Assembly (NCBI GenBank): GCA_003971905.1
Contig: RSEE01000049.1
Span: forward strand, 186,001-250,000
Length of the DNA stretch: 64,000 bases
Source: Moniliella sp. 'wahieum'
Taxonomy: Eukaryota
Direction of reading: 5' to 3'
This document shows positions 49,278-63,075 of the stretch, piece by piece. The first letter of the stretch is position 1. Every line of letters begins with the position of its first letter. Both the position numbers and the translations under genes were made by a program. Under the pieces are notes generated by a model that searched no databases, had not been told where the DNA came from, and saw only the letters and a program-made list of their open reading frames with translations.

Positions 49278-51152
49278 GATGGTGAGAGAGAAGATGGGGT
49301 GTGGGGGGGCGAAGTTGGGAGGATGGTGGGAGCGGTGGCGGTGCTGAGGTGGATGGTGAGGATGAGCGGAGCCAAGGGCTGGTGGGCTGGCTTTTAAGCC
49401 TCTGTGGGACCGCCTGCGGGGGGCGTTTTCGGAGGAATGTGGCTTGCCCAAGCGCGCTGCGCCGGAGAAGTGGCGACAGGTGGTGTGCGCCTGTCGGACT
49501 TGGACGGCTGGGAGATGGGTCCGCGCGGAGGCAGGCTGGGGCGGTGGGGCGCAGTGCCAGTGCTGAACTCGTCTGGCTCCGCGAGCGCCGGGCAGGCGTG
49601 GCGTGCGACAACAGTTTGCGCTGGCGGCATCGGCGGCATGAGCGCATCAGGGCAATAAAGCAGTGCATTCCGGCGCTCGGTCGCACGCCCTCGTGCGAGG
49701 TGCTGCAGGGGGGACGCCTTCGGCCTTACTGGTCCGGAGCGTGGGCGTTCAGCCGCTGCGCCACGGCTGCGCCACTGCCCCCCCCCCTCCCCGCCCGGGG
49801 GGCAGTGCATCAGTACTGACTAGTCCTCAGTATGCATCTTGCGCCCCATCGACCATCGGAGTCCTATATACCCCACAGCCACCCCAGCTCGTCGTGACGT
49901 CACGCTTCTGGCGGGAAGGCATCATATGTGTGCCACCGTTTGGCTGAGCCTCAGCCCTCAACCTGAGGCTCAGGTGATCGGATCAGGCTGATCTCGCTCC
50001 CTTTCCAATCTTCTTCCAAAGTTCCATGCTTCAATTTTGCCACCTTTGCATCTGGCCCGGCCAGGGCACGCAGCCATGCTGGGTCCGAAGCGGCGCGTGG
50101 CTTCCGATGCGCACGGGTGGAAATTCATCCCCAAGGGGGTTCGGACGGCGGGGCGGCGGTTGGCAATGGTGCGAGTGGCCATGAGTGGGGTGAGCACGAT
50201 GGACGACACAAGCAAAGAAGCCATCGGTGCATCAGTGCATCAGTCTCCATCATGCAGCAGCTGCGCTCATCGACATCAGACCCAGCGTGCCATTCGGCGT
50301 GTGCTGCAACAGGCTGCAACTTGCAACATTATCACGTCAACTTTCAAATTTAACCCCCTCCTCTTTCCCATCGATCATTTGATCGTCACGTTGTGACAAT
50401 GTCACACGACGGCGCTGGCCGAGTTCACTTGGGTACACCCCCACCCTGGCCTGGCCCCGTACCGCCTCAGAAGATGTCTACAGGAGGGATGGGGTTGATG
50501 AGGCCCGGGACGATGACGATGACACCTCCTGAGCCTGAGGCCTGAGGCCATGGGGTGGGGTGGGGGCAGCGGTGCCCATGGTGGCCGGTGTGGGCTCTGG
50601 AGTCGGAGGGGGGGAGGCAAAGCACCGAAATGGGTGGTAGGACGTGCGCGTGAGCGAGAGCAGAGGTGTGAATGTGATCGGCAACATCACCCGGTATCAT
50701 TGTGACATTGGCACGTGACAGTGTGTCGTTCGGCCTAGGACATGATCCTGCGGCAGTGTGCGGGCGGAACGCGTACCACGCAGCAGCGGATGGGCGATGG
50801 GCGATGGCAGATGGGCGATGCGCTGATGGGAGTTCTGACGGGTGCGCTGGTGCCTCCGATGCAGCTCGCCTTGCGCGCACCGTCCGCGTGCAGGAGGCGG
50901 AAATGCATGCTGGCCAGGTGCCGGAGCCGAAGGCACAGCGAGAATACTGGCGCTGTGCGGACATTTTTGGAGGGGGCGCAGCGCCAGCGGTGAGAACGAC
51001 AAAGATCGGCACCACGCCCCCGCCAGCGGGAGCATGCGAGGGGCAGGCACTTCAACACACTCGCCATCTGCGCTGGAGAAGAGCGGCTGCCGTGGCAGGC
51101 ACTGGGAGGGCAGCACAGCGCAGCCATCTCAGACACCACAGCATAAGGCATG

Positions 51153-51190
51153 GCTGCCCCTTGCTGCCCCTTGCTGCCCCTTGCTGCCCC
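51153..51190. repeat. 10-bp tandem repeat (GCTGCCCCTT)n, about 4 copies
   Basis: Read directly from the sequence. Confidence 0.85.
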
Positions 51191-51469
51191 CTTGCTGGCC
51201 CCTGCTGCATGTGTGTGACATGTGACTGCCGAACCCTCCCGCGACAGACACCGTTCCTCCCTGCGCCTGGGCGCAGCTGGCGAGCACCCACCACCTCGCT
51301 CCTTTCCTTTGACCCTTCCCCCCCACACCCCCCGCGCCCATCGGCCTCTGCTGGCTGGCCCTCCGCCCTCTTCCGCGCGCATGCGCTCACACGCTCTCCT
51401 CGTCGCGTCGTTGCCGCGGCCAGTCTGGCTGCCGCCGCCGACCCGCTCGCCCAGCATTCCGGCCGCGCC

Positions 51470-53237
51470 ATGCGTCTCTCCTCTCTCGGCCCACACAAGG
51501 CCCGGCGCTGCACAAGCGCCTGCTCACCGACCATCTCTCTGGCTCTTCGGGCACTGGCTCGGAGGATGGCCCTGGCTCGGACAGAGACACGGTTCCGATT
51601 CGGGAACCAATCTCGGCACGGGCTCGTCCGATTCCTCCTCCGCCTCCGCAACCCGCTCCGGCAGGACGGGCAACGAACACGGCAGTAGCGCCGCCGCCGC
51701 CACTTCCACCGCCGAGTCTGGCGCAGGCAGCAGCGACACCGGCCGCAGCAAGGACGGTGGGTCCGCATCCAGCTCAGAGGGCGATCATGCCACCCGTTCC
51801 TCTTCCGATTCCTACGGCACAGCCACCGAGACTGCCTCGTCCTCCCACGCCTCTTCCACCCACACCACTGCCGCCACGGTGCAGGATCCGGCTCCGGCTC
51901 TGGTTCCGGTTCCGGTTCCGGCTCAGGATCAGGATAGGATCCCACAGGAGCGACACTTACGACTCCTCTGCCTATTCTACTCGACCGACACGAGCGATTC
52001 GCAAGGCACGACGGCCTATGCGACGGCCACAGCGACTGCAACCGCGACGGCGTCCCCCACCTCGTCTAGCGGCGATGCTGCAGCGTCCTACGCCTCCTCC
52101 GGCTCCGCCGCGCAAGCCTCCGAGATGTCCCAGCTCTCTGCCTCGCACGCCTCGATCGCTGCTTCCTTAGCTAGTGTCTCGAGCGAGCTGGTGCAAGCCT
52201 CGGCGGTGGCTTCGCAGTCGGGCCAGGCAGCGTCACTGTCGTCGTTGCGTGCGTCGCTGTCATCTGCAGCTGCTGCCGCCTCGCTTTCGGCTGCCGCGGC
52301 CTCTTCCCAGTTTTACGCCACCGCCCAGACAGCGGTGACGGTGACGTCGACGCAGCCCCAGGCATCACCACAATTACCGGCACCCCTGAAAACAAGTCGT
52401 CAAGCAAGACGGGTGTGATTGCTGGCGCAACGATAGGTGGTGCAGTAGGTGCGATCTTGCTTGTGGCACTGCTGCTGTGGCGGTTCTGTGGCCGTCGTGA
52501 TCGGGAAGCTTCGAATGACATTCGTTGGCCCGAACTCAAAGCGGATCACGATATGACGGGCGCAGCGATGCAGCCGCTTCCAGCTCGGCGCACAGGCGGA
52601 GCCGGGTTCGATATGGGGGACGAATCGGATCAGGAGCTGGACGATGACGAGGAAGCTGCCGCCCACCACCATCCGCCCACCACAGCTGGTCATCCGTACG
52701 ACCCGGACGACTTTGCCTCCGAAGTAGGTGGGGATAAGTACGGTGCGTCCCATCCGGCCTATGTCGTCCCTTCCACCACTGCTCTCGCCCCACAAACTAT
52801 TCAACCGACTATGGCTTGAGCCGGCTGGCGGCACGTCCGCATTGGCTCGTGGGCCTTCGATTGGCGCCGCCACGTCCGTGTCGGGAGCGCATAGTTCCGC
52901 CACCAGCGGCTATGGAGCGGCGGGCGTGGGTGCCGGCTTGGGCGCAAGCGTGGGCGCAGACATGAACGGCATGAGCACCGGTATGGATTCTGTCGCTATG
53001 GCCAACACCAACGCGTACGACCACCCAGGCCCAGGCGGAGCCGAAACGTATGCTTACCCGCACCCCACCCAGATGGGCTACTACGATGGCGCTGGGGCCG
53101 GTTACGTCGAACCGGGCCAGGCGGTCGCATTTGAGCCTGGGATGCATGTTGACGCGCCGTACCAATCTCACTTTATGGACCCGCAGTACACCGCCGATGC
53201 CCACGCGTATGCCGACCCGTACGGACGGACACATTGA
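51470..53237 (+). CDS. Ser/Thr/Ala-rich single-pass membrane protein (Mid2/Wsc-like architecture; frameshifted)
   Basis: Long S/T/A-rich region (ORF 51222..52418), TM segment IAGATIGGAVGAILLVALLLW followed by RFCGRR, a DIRWPEL motif, and a Tyr-rich tail ending DPYGRTH*. Start uncertain. Confidence 0.7.
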
Positions 53238-54798
53238 GTATTGAGTGTGAGTGTATGCAGGGCCTGCCAATTCACTCTCCAACTAGGACCGCAACTGGTC
53301 CCGCCCTTGGCTTTGAGCCCATTCCCCTACCTTCGTTGCCTATTCATTCATTTTCGTCTGTCCAAGAAATCCAGGAAATGGGGTCGGGCAGTTTCACCTG
53401 CTTCCTTTTCCTCCTCGTCTCGTCCACTCCCCCGCCGTTCACTGTCTTCGTTTTGTTCCCTCAAGTTGTCGTCACGCCTTTTGCTATCCCCCTGTCCCCG
53501 TCATCGCGTCATTGCGTCATTGCGTCCCGGCTGATCTCCATTCTCTCCCGCGGCGGCAAGCAACAAGGGACCTTGCTCGGTGCGCGTGCCGTGCTCGGTT
53601 CCTTGTCCGTTATCCTCCGTTGTCCATCCGTTGTCTATCCGTTGTCAGTCTCTGTACCTCGTTGTTCTTGCTTCTCACCTCGTCGCGCCCTGCCCCTGGG
53701 TTCGTAGAACGTACGCTGGCTCCCGTGCGCCCCTCCAAGCTCCTAACTCTTCTATCACTCCATGGTATCACTACGCTTAGGCCCTGTTGCCACGGAGCAA
53801 GGGACGGGCAATGGTTCCTTCCTTCTCTGGCTGGCAGGGCATCCAATCCATGCACCTACTCTCAGATCTCCGTCACGACGAGCAGGCGGGTTGTTGTACT
53901 CGGGCTTTTTTTTAAAGTAGTATATAGTTGTGCAGCTTTGTCGAGCCCGTCAGACTGGAAACGCGAAGTAGTTTAGCACCCAATAAGTTGGTATCGACGC
54001 ATACGCCCGACGGATGGGCGTTGAGGCGTTGGGGCGTTAAAGAGGCCTGAGGCCCGAGGCCCTGAGGGATGATCGATTGTTCGCTTCCACGGCAACGTCG
54101 TTGTGCAAATGAAGACTACATGGACTACCTCTTCCCATATCGGCACACACCACTCTCGCCTACCTTTTCAGCCATAAGAAATACCTTGCTCGCTTGTCTC
54201 CGTCCTACAGGCGAAAGAAGCGTGCAGTAACCGATTCCAAGTCAAGCGACGGCCACTACGAGTGACTAGGGACGGGAAGAAATTGGGATACACTGGATGG
54301 TGGGAGTCGACCAAAGCTGGTCCCGTATGGTTCGGTGGCAGAAAGCATGGGCCGCAGAGCGAATCGCGAATCAGACGACTCGAACGGCAGATGGCGACCG
54401 AGCGTGGAAGAGCGAAATGGGATGAAGAATGGTGAATGGCATGCGCTGGGATCAGCATGGAAAATGGAGAGTTGGAATGAAAAGGATACGGGTTTGAACT
54501 CGAATTGGGAACGGGGAACGGGGAACGATAGTGCCAGAGCGGGGGAGGGGATGAGAGGGAAAGTGACAGGAAGTAGGCAGGCAAACTGTTTGCACTCTGG
54601 AGTGGCCAAATGGCCAAGCAAAAAAGAGACACAATGGGTGTAGAAGGTGGAACAAAGGAAAGGGATCATGGGAACGAAGGGGAAAGGCAAACGGAGGTGG
54701 GAGTCGAAGCGCCAAGGCCCATGGTGTATGGCCCATGGGAAAAAGAAAATCAGGTACCTACCCTCGGTTTGGAACGGCACAAGCAGCAGCGTTGCCTT

Positions 54799-56747
54799 CT
54801 AAGCATCTGGCTCAGGTTGCTCCAGAATGCCAACGAGACGTTGGGCCAAATTGGCAATCTCGGCTTCGGCATCTTGCTCGTCAGAGCCTGAATGGGAAGG
54901 GGCGATGGAGGTGCCAGTAGGCGACCCAGCCAGGTTACCTTCCTCCTCACCGCCGACCCGCGCGCCAGTGGCGGAGGAAGAAGGAGGCACAAAGGCCAGC
55001 TGACGCACCAAGGGCAAGATCTTGGTCGAGAGGCGGAAATGGGCCTCGAGCTCGGGATCGTTGCCATCGAGCAACTGGAGAATGGTCCAGACGGCAATGT
55101 GCTGGAAAGTCGAATCGCCACTTTCGAGGAAACGAACAAGGTAGCCTTCCAGTCCGCCTGCCGGATGGTCCCATACTGCATTGAACGCTCCATAATCCTC
55201 GCTCTTGCTCGCCAGGTTGCCCAAGGCAGCAGCCGCATTGCCCTGCACTTCCACCCTTCGCTGGCGGTGAGCGGGAGGAGGACCTCGCAGATGCCCATCG
55301 ACAGGAGCTGGGACTTGAGTTCCTCGCTCAGCGCCAGCACAGCAATGCACGCTGTCATCTCACTCTGTACGCTGACGGGCACATGGAGGACCAACTGTTT
55401 GATCCGCTGCACTGCGCCGGCCGCCACAATCTGTGCCTTGTTGCGTTCGCTGCTGGCCGCCAGGTTGCGCAGGGTGGAGATGGCATGGCACTGGATCTCT
55501 TCATTGTCGTCGTGGCTCAAGAGACCGATCAACGGGGGCAGGAAGCCTGCCTCAATGATCGGCGACTCGTTGTGCGGGTCAATCGAGACGTTGCGCACGC
55601 ACGCTGCGGCCGATAAGATGAGTGGCAAAAAGGAAGTTTGAAGCAGACGCAAAAGGTGCGGCAGGCCGCCAAACTGAACAATCTCTACTTGGTAGTGCTC
55701 ATCGCTGGCTAGGTTACGCAAGGCCAACGCAGCTTGGCATTGCACCCGTAGACTGGTGCTGTCGAGCAGGCCAATCAGACGCGGTACCAGCATAGGCTGG
55801 GTCTCGGACAACTTCTTGCGGTTCTCAGCATCAACAGCAATGTTGCTAAGGGCAGTGGTGCAGTAGTACTGCACATCAACGTCGCTGCTGGCCAATAGGC
55901 TGACCAACGCCGGAATGGCACCGGCGCGGACCAGCTCCGACCGGTTCTCGTCGCTGTGCGTCATATTCAATAGGGCACCCGTCGCGTTACGCTGTACACG
56001 CGGGTCCTTGGACGTTTGGGCCAGCCGGGTGAGAGGGACCAAGGCGCCCGATTTGGCAATCTTGGTCTTGTTCTCGTCGTGGGTGGCCAGGTTGGTGATG
56101 CAACCAACAGCATTACACTGCACCTCTACATTGGGACTCAGCATTTGCCGGATCAGTGGCTCCAGTCCGTCCATGCGCACGATCAGCAACTTGTTTTCCG
56201 CTGCAAAGCCAGACGGAGGCATCTGTCAGTAAGGCCCAACGACGGGGCACCGTCGTAAGGGAGCGGCAGCATACGAGCGCTAACGTACTGTTCACAGCCA
56301 AGTTGCCCAGCGCCGCACTCGCCGCTCGCTGTACCTCCACATCGTGGCTCTTGAGCAGAAACAGGATCGGCTTGAGCGTCTCAGGTCCCACCTCGCGCAC
56401 ATCTTTCTCGGTGATCTCGGCAAAGGCCAGCGCGGCACTACGCTGCAGATCGGTATTGTCGCTGTACGCCAGCGTCGTCAGTGCCTTGAGCGGGTCCCCT
56501 GGAAAAAATCGGTTTCGGTCCGGTCTACAGGCAGGGCACAAATGTCAAATGTCAGCTGGGTCCATCTGGGCTGCTGGTTCGCACAGCAGCGGGCTGGAAA
56601 CCAGGCACGAGGAGAGAAGTAGGAAGCACATCAGGACAACGTACTCTCGAGGTACTGGAGCAGGTCGGCGACTGCATCGCGTTCGTTATCCAGCAGCAGC
56701 GGCTCGTGCCGGGGCCGGGAACAGGCACAACTGCAAGTGTTGCCCAT
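54799..56747 (-). CDS. VAC8: Vacuolar armadillo-repeat protein Vac8 (2 introns, one frameshift)
   Basis: MGNTCSC acylation leader, [80 protein letters not shown]. Confidence 0.97.
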
Positions 56748-57876
56748 GGCGGTCAGGTGGGCCTGGGAGGGTAGGGGAGAGACGAGGAGACAGGAGACAC
56801 AGCAGGCTGCAAAGCAGGAGCCCAGCACTCGTACGCCCACAGCAGGCGCGGCGCAACGGCCGGAGGAGGGTGCGGGAGGGCGGGAAGGATGGTGGAGGGC
56901 GGGGAGCGAGGCGGTGAGATGGAGGCGGGAGGCAAGGCGGCGGGAGGGGGCGGCGGGGGCAGGCACGGAGGCAGGCACGAAGGACAAGAAAGAGCCTGGC
57001 CAGCTTGCAGCCCAACTTGGGCTCGACGCCCCAGCCACGGCCGGTGACGCGCGCCCAGGTGACCGCTGAGGTCACCTGACTGGACGGATCTCAGCTCGTG
57101 CTCGAACGCCTCTCAGAATCTCAGCCGCTGAGTCTCAGCAGCGGAGGCGGAGTGTGAGGCTTGAAAGTTGAAACCTTGATGGCCCAATGCGGTCTGGTAG
57201 TTGCCCCAGCCGCACAGACACAAGACGAGTCACGTGCTGCACTTGCACTTGCCCCCCGCCAGTCCTATCGCGGACCCCATCCGCTATCCCAGGTCATGCA
57301 TCATGTCGCCTCCTCTGTCCCAGTCCCAGCCTCAGCACACCATCGCCCCCCTTGCCCACCTAGTACAAGCCACAACGACGTATACACCCTCCTCATTCGT
57401 ATCTCCACTGAGGCGGCCGCTTTGCGTTCCAACAGGGCCAGACTTCATATCAACAACAGCAGCACAGCGGGGGCCACCCACTCCTTGTGCGCCACGACTA
57501 GGGCAGGAAGAAGAGGAGGGAAGGACGGGATGTGAAGGTTTGATTGATGAGAAGAACAGGAGAATCATATGACAGATGGCCAGGAAGAAAGGAAGAAAGA
57601 GAACCAAAAGGGGGAGGGTCGATGCGCATGCGAAAGCATAACAAGCAAAAAGGGCTGGAAAGCTAAACGGGAAATGGCCCCGGGGGGGAGGGGCTAAAAG
57701 CGGGACATACACCACACAGGATGGGTGGAACCGTCGCCACATCCCAAGAACGATTGTCGGAAGCGCACAAAAACAGGAGATTGGCCTACTATACACATGC
57801 TGGCTCTTCTCCTAGTTGCACACCCCGCTGAAAAACAACCCTTTTCCGCGCCATGAGCGCTTGAGCACGGACCACC

Positions 57877-60220
57877 CTAGTTGCCCTCCACCTGCGCCTC
57901 CTTCAAGACCACCAGGCCCTCTCGTACCTTTTGATCCAACGCGTCCCGGTTGTGGATGAGGATCATCAACTCGTTCATCTGCATCTCCAGCAGCATGCCC
58001 GTCAACTTGCCCGCCAGATCCGGCTGCGTCTCCGCAATCCGCGGGTAGAGGATCTCGCCAATCATCTGCTTCTGATCTTGCGGCGACCTACCAGCAAGAT
58101 TGTACTCTTCCCCTTCAAGACGAGGGACCACTGGTTGGGGCATCGCCGCTGGCGGCGGAGGCGGTGCCGACATCATGCTCGGTGCTCGTGCAGAGGGCGG
58201 CGCACGGAACCCTCCCGTTGGCGCCGCTGAGTCCACAGACCCAGCAGCTCCATCCCACGGGCCAAGGGGTGCCGCGCGTCCAGGCGGGGCAATGCGTGGT
58301 GGTGGGCGGAGTACACCTGTTGCATAGAAATGGAAGGATAGTACGTAGAGCCCATGGGCTGGTACGGCATGGGAGAAGTTGGCAAACGTCCTCCCCGTGT
58401 AGCCATCATCGGAGTTCCACCGTACGCAGCGTTTTGGATGCCATACATGTTGTAGTACCCCTGTTGTTGCTCTTGCTGCAGCATATGTTCTTCGTGGCGT
58501 TTAGCAATCAGTGCTTCGATCTGTTGCCGCCGTGCCTCCTTTGTTTGGGCACGAGCGATATAGAGTGGCCGACCATCAATCAACTTGTCACGCATCTCCC
58601 TCATCGCGTGGTTCGCCACGTCTGGCGAACTGTACGCGACAAAGGCAAAGCCGCGCGAGTACCCCGTCACGGGGTCGCGCATCACCTTGGCACTGGTGAT
58701 CGTGCCAAAGGTCCCAAACAGCTCAATCAAATTGTCCTCAGTAAACGTATCGGGAATGTTTTTGAGGTAAAGGTTAACTCCCTGCAAGTACGACATGCTC
58801 CGTTGGACTGCAAAAGTGCGTCGTAGTTCGGCTTGGCGCTCCCCTTTTTTTGGGCACGAGCGACAAAGAGGGGCAAGCCATGGAAGTCTTGGCCGTTCAG
58901 GGCTTTAATCGCGGCCTCGGCCTCGGCGTGTTGAAGGAAGTTGACAAAGCCAAACCCAGACGGGGTGCCATCCAGCATCTTGGCTAGATGCCAGGAGGTG
59001 ATGGTGCCAAACTGGGAAAACAGGCTTTCAAATTCTTCGTCGGTGATACTGGTTCCCAAGTTTTTGCAGTACACATTGGTGAATGACGCGCGGAGCGCTT
59101 CGGTGCGAGCCATGCGCTCCGCCTTGGGCAAATGGTGACCCACATAGACTTTTTTGTCATTGAGCAGCATACCGTTGACATGGTCGATGGCCTGCTCAGC
59201 TCCCTCTTTGGTCTCATAATGGACAAATCCGTAACCCAAGCTAATCCCATCGGGCCCTACAGCCACCTTACTGGAAAGGATCTTGCCAAAGGCAGAAAAG
59301 GTGTCATGAAGCGCTTTGTTGTCAATGCTGGCATCCAAGTTCCTGATGAAAATGTTGCCCTCCCCGCTCCGGCGCATTGAAGGGTCGCGCTGAGAAAACA
59401 TGATCCGACACGCGCGGTCTCGAATGACCGAGTAGTTGAGTTTTTCAATCGCCTTTTCGGCATCAGCAACATTGGCATAGTTGACATAGGCGTATCCCAT
59501 CGAGCGCCGCGTTTGGGCATCACGGCATACCCGGATGTTGCTTACGGTACCCACCGTGCTGAACATTTGGTAAAGCAAGGCTTCCGACACTGTAGGAGCC
59601 AGGTCGCCCACATAGAGCGACGAACTTTTGGTTACATGGGGAGAACGGGTATTAGTGGTGAGAGCCGTGGTATTAGCGCTCTTAATGCCAGTGATGGGCT
59701 CCACCTTGGTCTCCACCCCTTCTGTGCCCGCACGTGCCGCGTTTGGCGTAGATGAAGTAGATGTGACATTGCCACTAGCAGAGTCAACTGCACCAGCGAC
59801 TGTCGGAGCATTCAGGGACAAACCCCCGCCAATAAAGGATCCGGAAAGAAAAGGAGAAGTAATGGGAGCACCCTTCGGCATCCCAGCAAGGGCGAGCAGG
59901 GTAGGGTCTGAAGCCGAAAGGGGAGGGCGAGAAGGAGGAGGTGCATCAGTATCCGTAGTCGTAGTCGTATCCGTAGCCATAGCCGTAGCAGAGCTTGGAG
60001 CCAAGAGGGAAGTACTCTGAGACGGAAGCGAAGCGGGGGCAACCACCGCCGCCTCGTCCAGCGCGCCACGGGATGCAACAGAAGAAACGGGGGCGCGGAC
60101 GGCGGGAGGCAACACACCACCGGCCAAAGTGGAGGGCGGAGGCACGATGATAGCCGCGGGGGCAAATGCTTGCTTGGTCGGGGCGGGCAGATCGATAGGG
60201 GCGTTCATGTGGGCAGACAT
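57877..60220 (-). CDS. PAB1: Polyadenylate-binding protein (4 RRMs + MLLE), long N-terminal extension, frameshifts
   Basis: SLYVGDL...IRVCRDAQTRRSMGYAYVNY, GNIFIRNLD..IDNKALHDTFSAFG, FTNVYCKN, QGVNLYLKN, and MLLE domain QKQMIGEILYPRI...AGKLTGMLLEM. Confidence 0.9.
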
Positions 60221-61138
60221 ATGGGAATATGAGCGGGAGACGAGAAAGGGGCAAGAGAAGAGGAACGAAGAGAGGCGGGAGCAGAGGGAAGAGAAACGAG
60301 GTGGTGGGCAGAAAACCCAGGAGGCAGCAGTACTCTCTTGGGTCTCTTAAGCAGCCTCAGGAGGGGTGCGTCTGGCCACTTGACTACTCGGCACTGAGTG
60401 GCGCTTCGGCTGCGCAGAGCGGGAGCTGTAGCGAGTGTGGGTTGTGACTGGCTCTCTTGTTGTGGCCATTAATTAGCCTCTGTACCGAGGGGCAGCGCCC
60501 CCTGCAAGCCGGCTCTGGCACCACGCCAGTCTGCCACCAGCACCACTCGAAACGGGCGGCAGCAACCCTAGTGCTCCACCGCCTCCCCTGGAGGCGGTGG
60601 CGGCCCATCCGCATTCGGTGCAGGCAGGACCGCATCCATCCAGCACCCCCACGGTCTTTATACCTCCTCCCGCGCTCACCCTCCGCTCACGTCCCGTTGG
60701 TCCTGCCAAAACACCTCCAGACTCCGCTGCCGGTTTGCGGAATGCGTGTTCAGGTGCTCTCTCTTCCCTTTGATTTGGGTGGGCTGTGGTCTGTTTTTTT
60801 TTTGCAATGCTTTATTGGTCACTCTACCATCCATCCCGCCCTCTCATTGGTGTTGTAAGGTACCTCCTGAGTCGCGACGAAGCCAGACCCCCCAAATATT
60901 CACCGCCAGTAGGATAATCGTCATCGCTCATCTTGGAACGACATATGTCAACACGCGCACCAGGAGCATTGGATTTATAGCAAAAAAAAAACATACGGCC
61001 CCAGGGGTAGAGTGGGGCAGTGAGGGTGTGGTGCGAGATCGGAAGCAAAAGTGGTTGGAAGCGGGGGTGAGCTTATAGTCTGCTGACTTGGGGTCAGAAG
61101 ATCAGGACCAACAGACATGAGATGGACCAAAGAGCGAA

Positions 61139-61918
61139 TCAAGCCAAGCCTCCCTCAACAGGCTTAATGCTGGCAGGCGTGCGGCTGGCTTCGTCCTCAT
61201 CACTGTTGGAAGCAGGCTTGGCCCGCACAGTGTCATCCACAGAGGGCGACAGTGGATTGTACTTGACTTTGTTGGGGTGTTTTTTCCCACTAGACGAACG
61301 AGAAAGGTATCAAGAGCCCCGATACTCGCATGAAAAACGGAAATCACCGAAACCATTAAACCCAGTGTTGCTTCGGAAGGGACTGCGATCAAAAAGAAGA
61401 GTGTGTCGGCGGCATCATTTTTGTACGGCTTGCGCACCGAGGACGCAATGCCAGTGACAACCATCAAGGCGATCCATCCAAGAGAGCAGCAACGACGATG
61501 GCGGCATACTTCTTCCCCTCTCCCAACCCCACAGAGACGAACGCTATGCGCAACACGTTCAGAATCAGAAGCAAAAATTGTCTCCGTGTGGGATGCTGGA
61601 CTAAACAAAACTCGACCACCTTCCATGCTGTCCAATATAAGACCGGCATCAAAGACAAGTAAAGTAAAGCACCTTCCGCCGCCGGAGGGGTTTTACCAGA
61701 GGAAGGTGAAGAACTCGCATCCGGTGCAACCTCCGTACCGGTCTTGGGGGGGTTGGGGAGGTGGGGAGGTCGGGGGGGTGGTGGTCAAAGTAGACAACAC
61801 TGGGACAACTAGCTGTCTCAGCAGTCGAGGTTGCAGTATTGGTACCGTTCTTGGCCGGGGGGGCGCGGTACACATGCACGACAGTGTTGCTGTCGATCGG
61901 GTAAGGAGCCGTGGGCAT
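61139..61918 (-). CDS. Orphan multi-pass membrane protein, family copy 3 (frameshifted)
   Basis: MPTAPYPIDSNTVVHVYR...VVYFDHHP, LGEGKKYAA, LGWIALMVVTG, KNDAADTLFFLIAVPSEAT, LDTFLVRLVGK, ending ASIKPVEGGLA*. The 3' flank is also similar to copy 2. Confidence 0.7.
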
Positions 61919-62975
61919 GGCAAGTCGAAGAAATCCAAGGCTGGTGGAAGGAAAGAGGAAAGGGGGGGTGGGGCGTCGCGTTCGTTGCCGGTTAAACATT
62001 TGCCGTTGTGGCGCCAACGTCTACATGCGGGTGCCAATGACCATGATGCATGATGCATGATGCATGACGTCAGTGCATCGTCGGTCACTGGTCGCATGAT
62101 GATGCATGATACATCGTGGCAAGTCGTTGTGGCCGGTGACGCGGTGACGACCACTGAGTACCTCAGTAACCGATCAGAGGTCCGATTTCAAAACTGCTCC
62201 ATACTGTCTTCATTAGCTTCATTGTTCCGCCGCTTTTGGCCCGCCCTGGTGGTGTTGCACCGTGGCTATTATTGTGAGGGGCACTGCCCTCGTTAGAGGT
62301 TTGGTTTAGGCTCCGCCTCCTGTGCCCCGCGCGCGTCTCCTATCCGTGGCGCCTCCACCACCTCTCCACCTTGTTCCAATTGTAAGCCGCACGTGTAGTA
62401 GACGCCGCTGGCGCATTCCTCTGTTCTTCCCTACCACCTACGACCTACCACCGCCACCTTTTTGCTCAACTCTTTACCTCGTTCTCGGTCATCTGCTTCT
62501 GGCAGCCCAAACCGCGCCGTCTGCCTGCCGTAGTACGTCGCTACATTGGCCCCTGGTGGCGGCTGTAGACCACCACCGCCCCCAATGGGATTGTACAATC
62601 ACCCTCGAAGGCCATCAGGACTCCAGGTCTCATTTGAGTGTGGACCGTCTTTTTTGCTTAGCAGAGGACTGGTTGTTGGCCAAAATCAAAGACGAGACAC
62701 GTACTGCTCCGCCACAGGTGTGGCTTGTCGCCCCCCCATATACCCCACAGATAATGTGCTGGTGGTCGATCTCCCCTTTCGTCCAAGAGAGCGCCGGGGG
62801 CGGAAGGTGCCCCAATACCGATGCCGAGGCAAAGACCCCATCCTTTGATCCATGGACGAAGTGGTGTTGCACAGACGTAGAGTCAATGCCTTCTGTTTAT
62901 CACTACTAAAGATAGCGGGGCAAAAGGGGAGGGCAGTGATAGAAGCGGCTTCCATTTACGCAATCTTCAAAAATA

Positions 62976-63075
62976 TGATCGAACCCGGGATCGAACCGGG
63001 GACCTTACGCGTCTCAACGAGACCTGTTGCTCCAGGATGTGAAGCGTACGTCATGACCAGCTAGACCATCCGACC
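62976..63075 (-). tRNA. tRNA-Val(CAC) with 26-nt intron
   Basis: Reverse complement folds as GGTCGGA/TTCGATC, anticodon stem TACGC/GCGTA, loop TT-CAC-A[intron]C, T-arm CCCGG-TTCGATC-CCGGG, with a T-run downstream. Confidence 0.92.

Noticed and set aside
19308..60220. Frameshifts in NOT4, LC8, CIA30, VAC8, PAB1 and most other CDSs, read as pseudogenisation or programmed frameshifting
   Set aside because: They hit nearly every gene, including highly conserved ones whose residues are otherwise intact. Uncorrected long-read indel errors are the simplest explanation; this needs read polishing to confirm.
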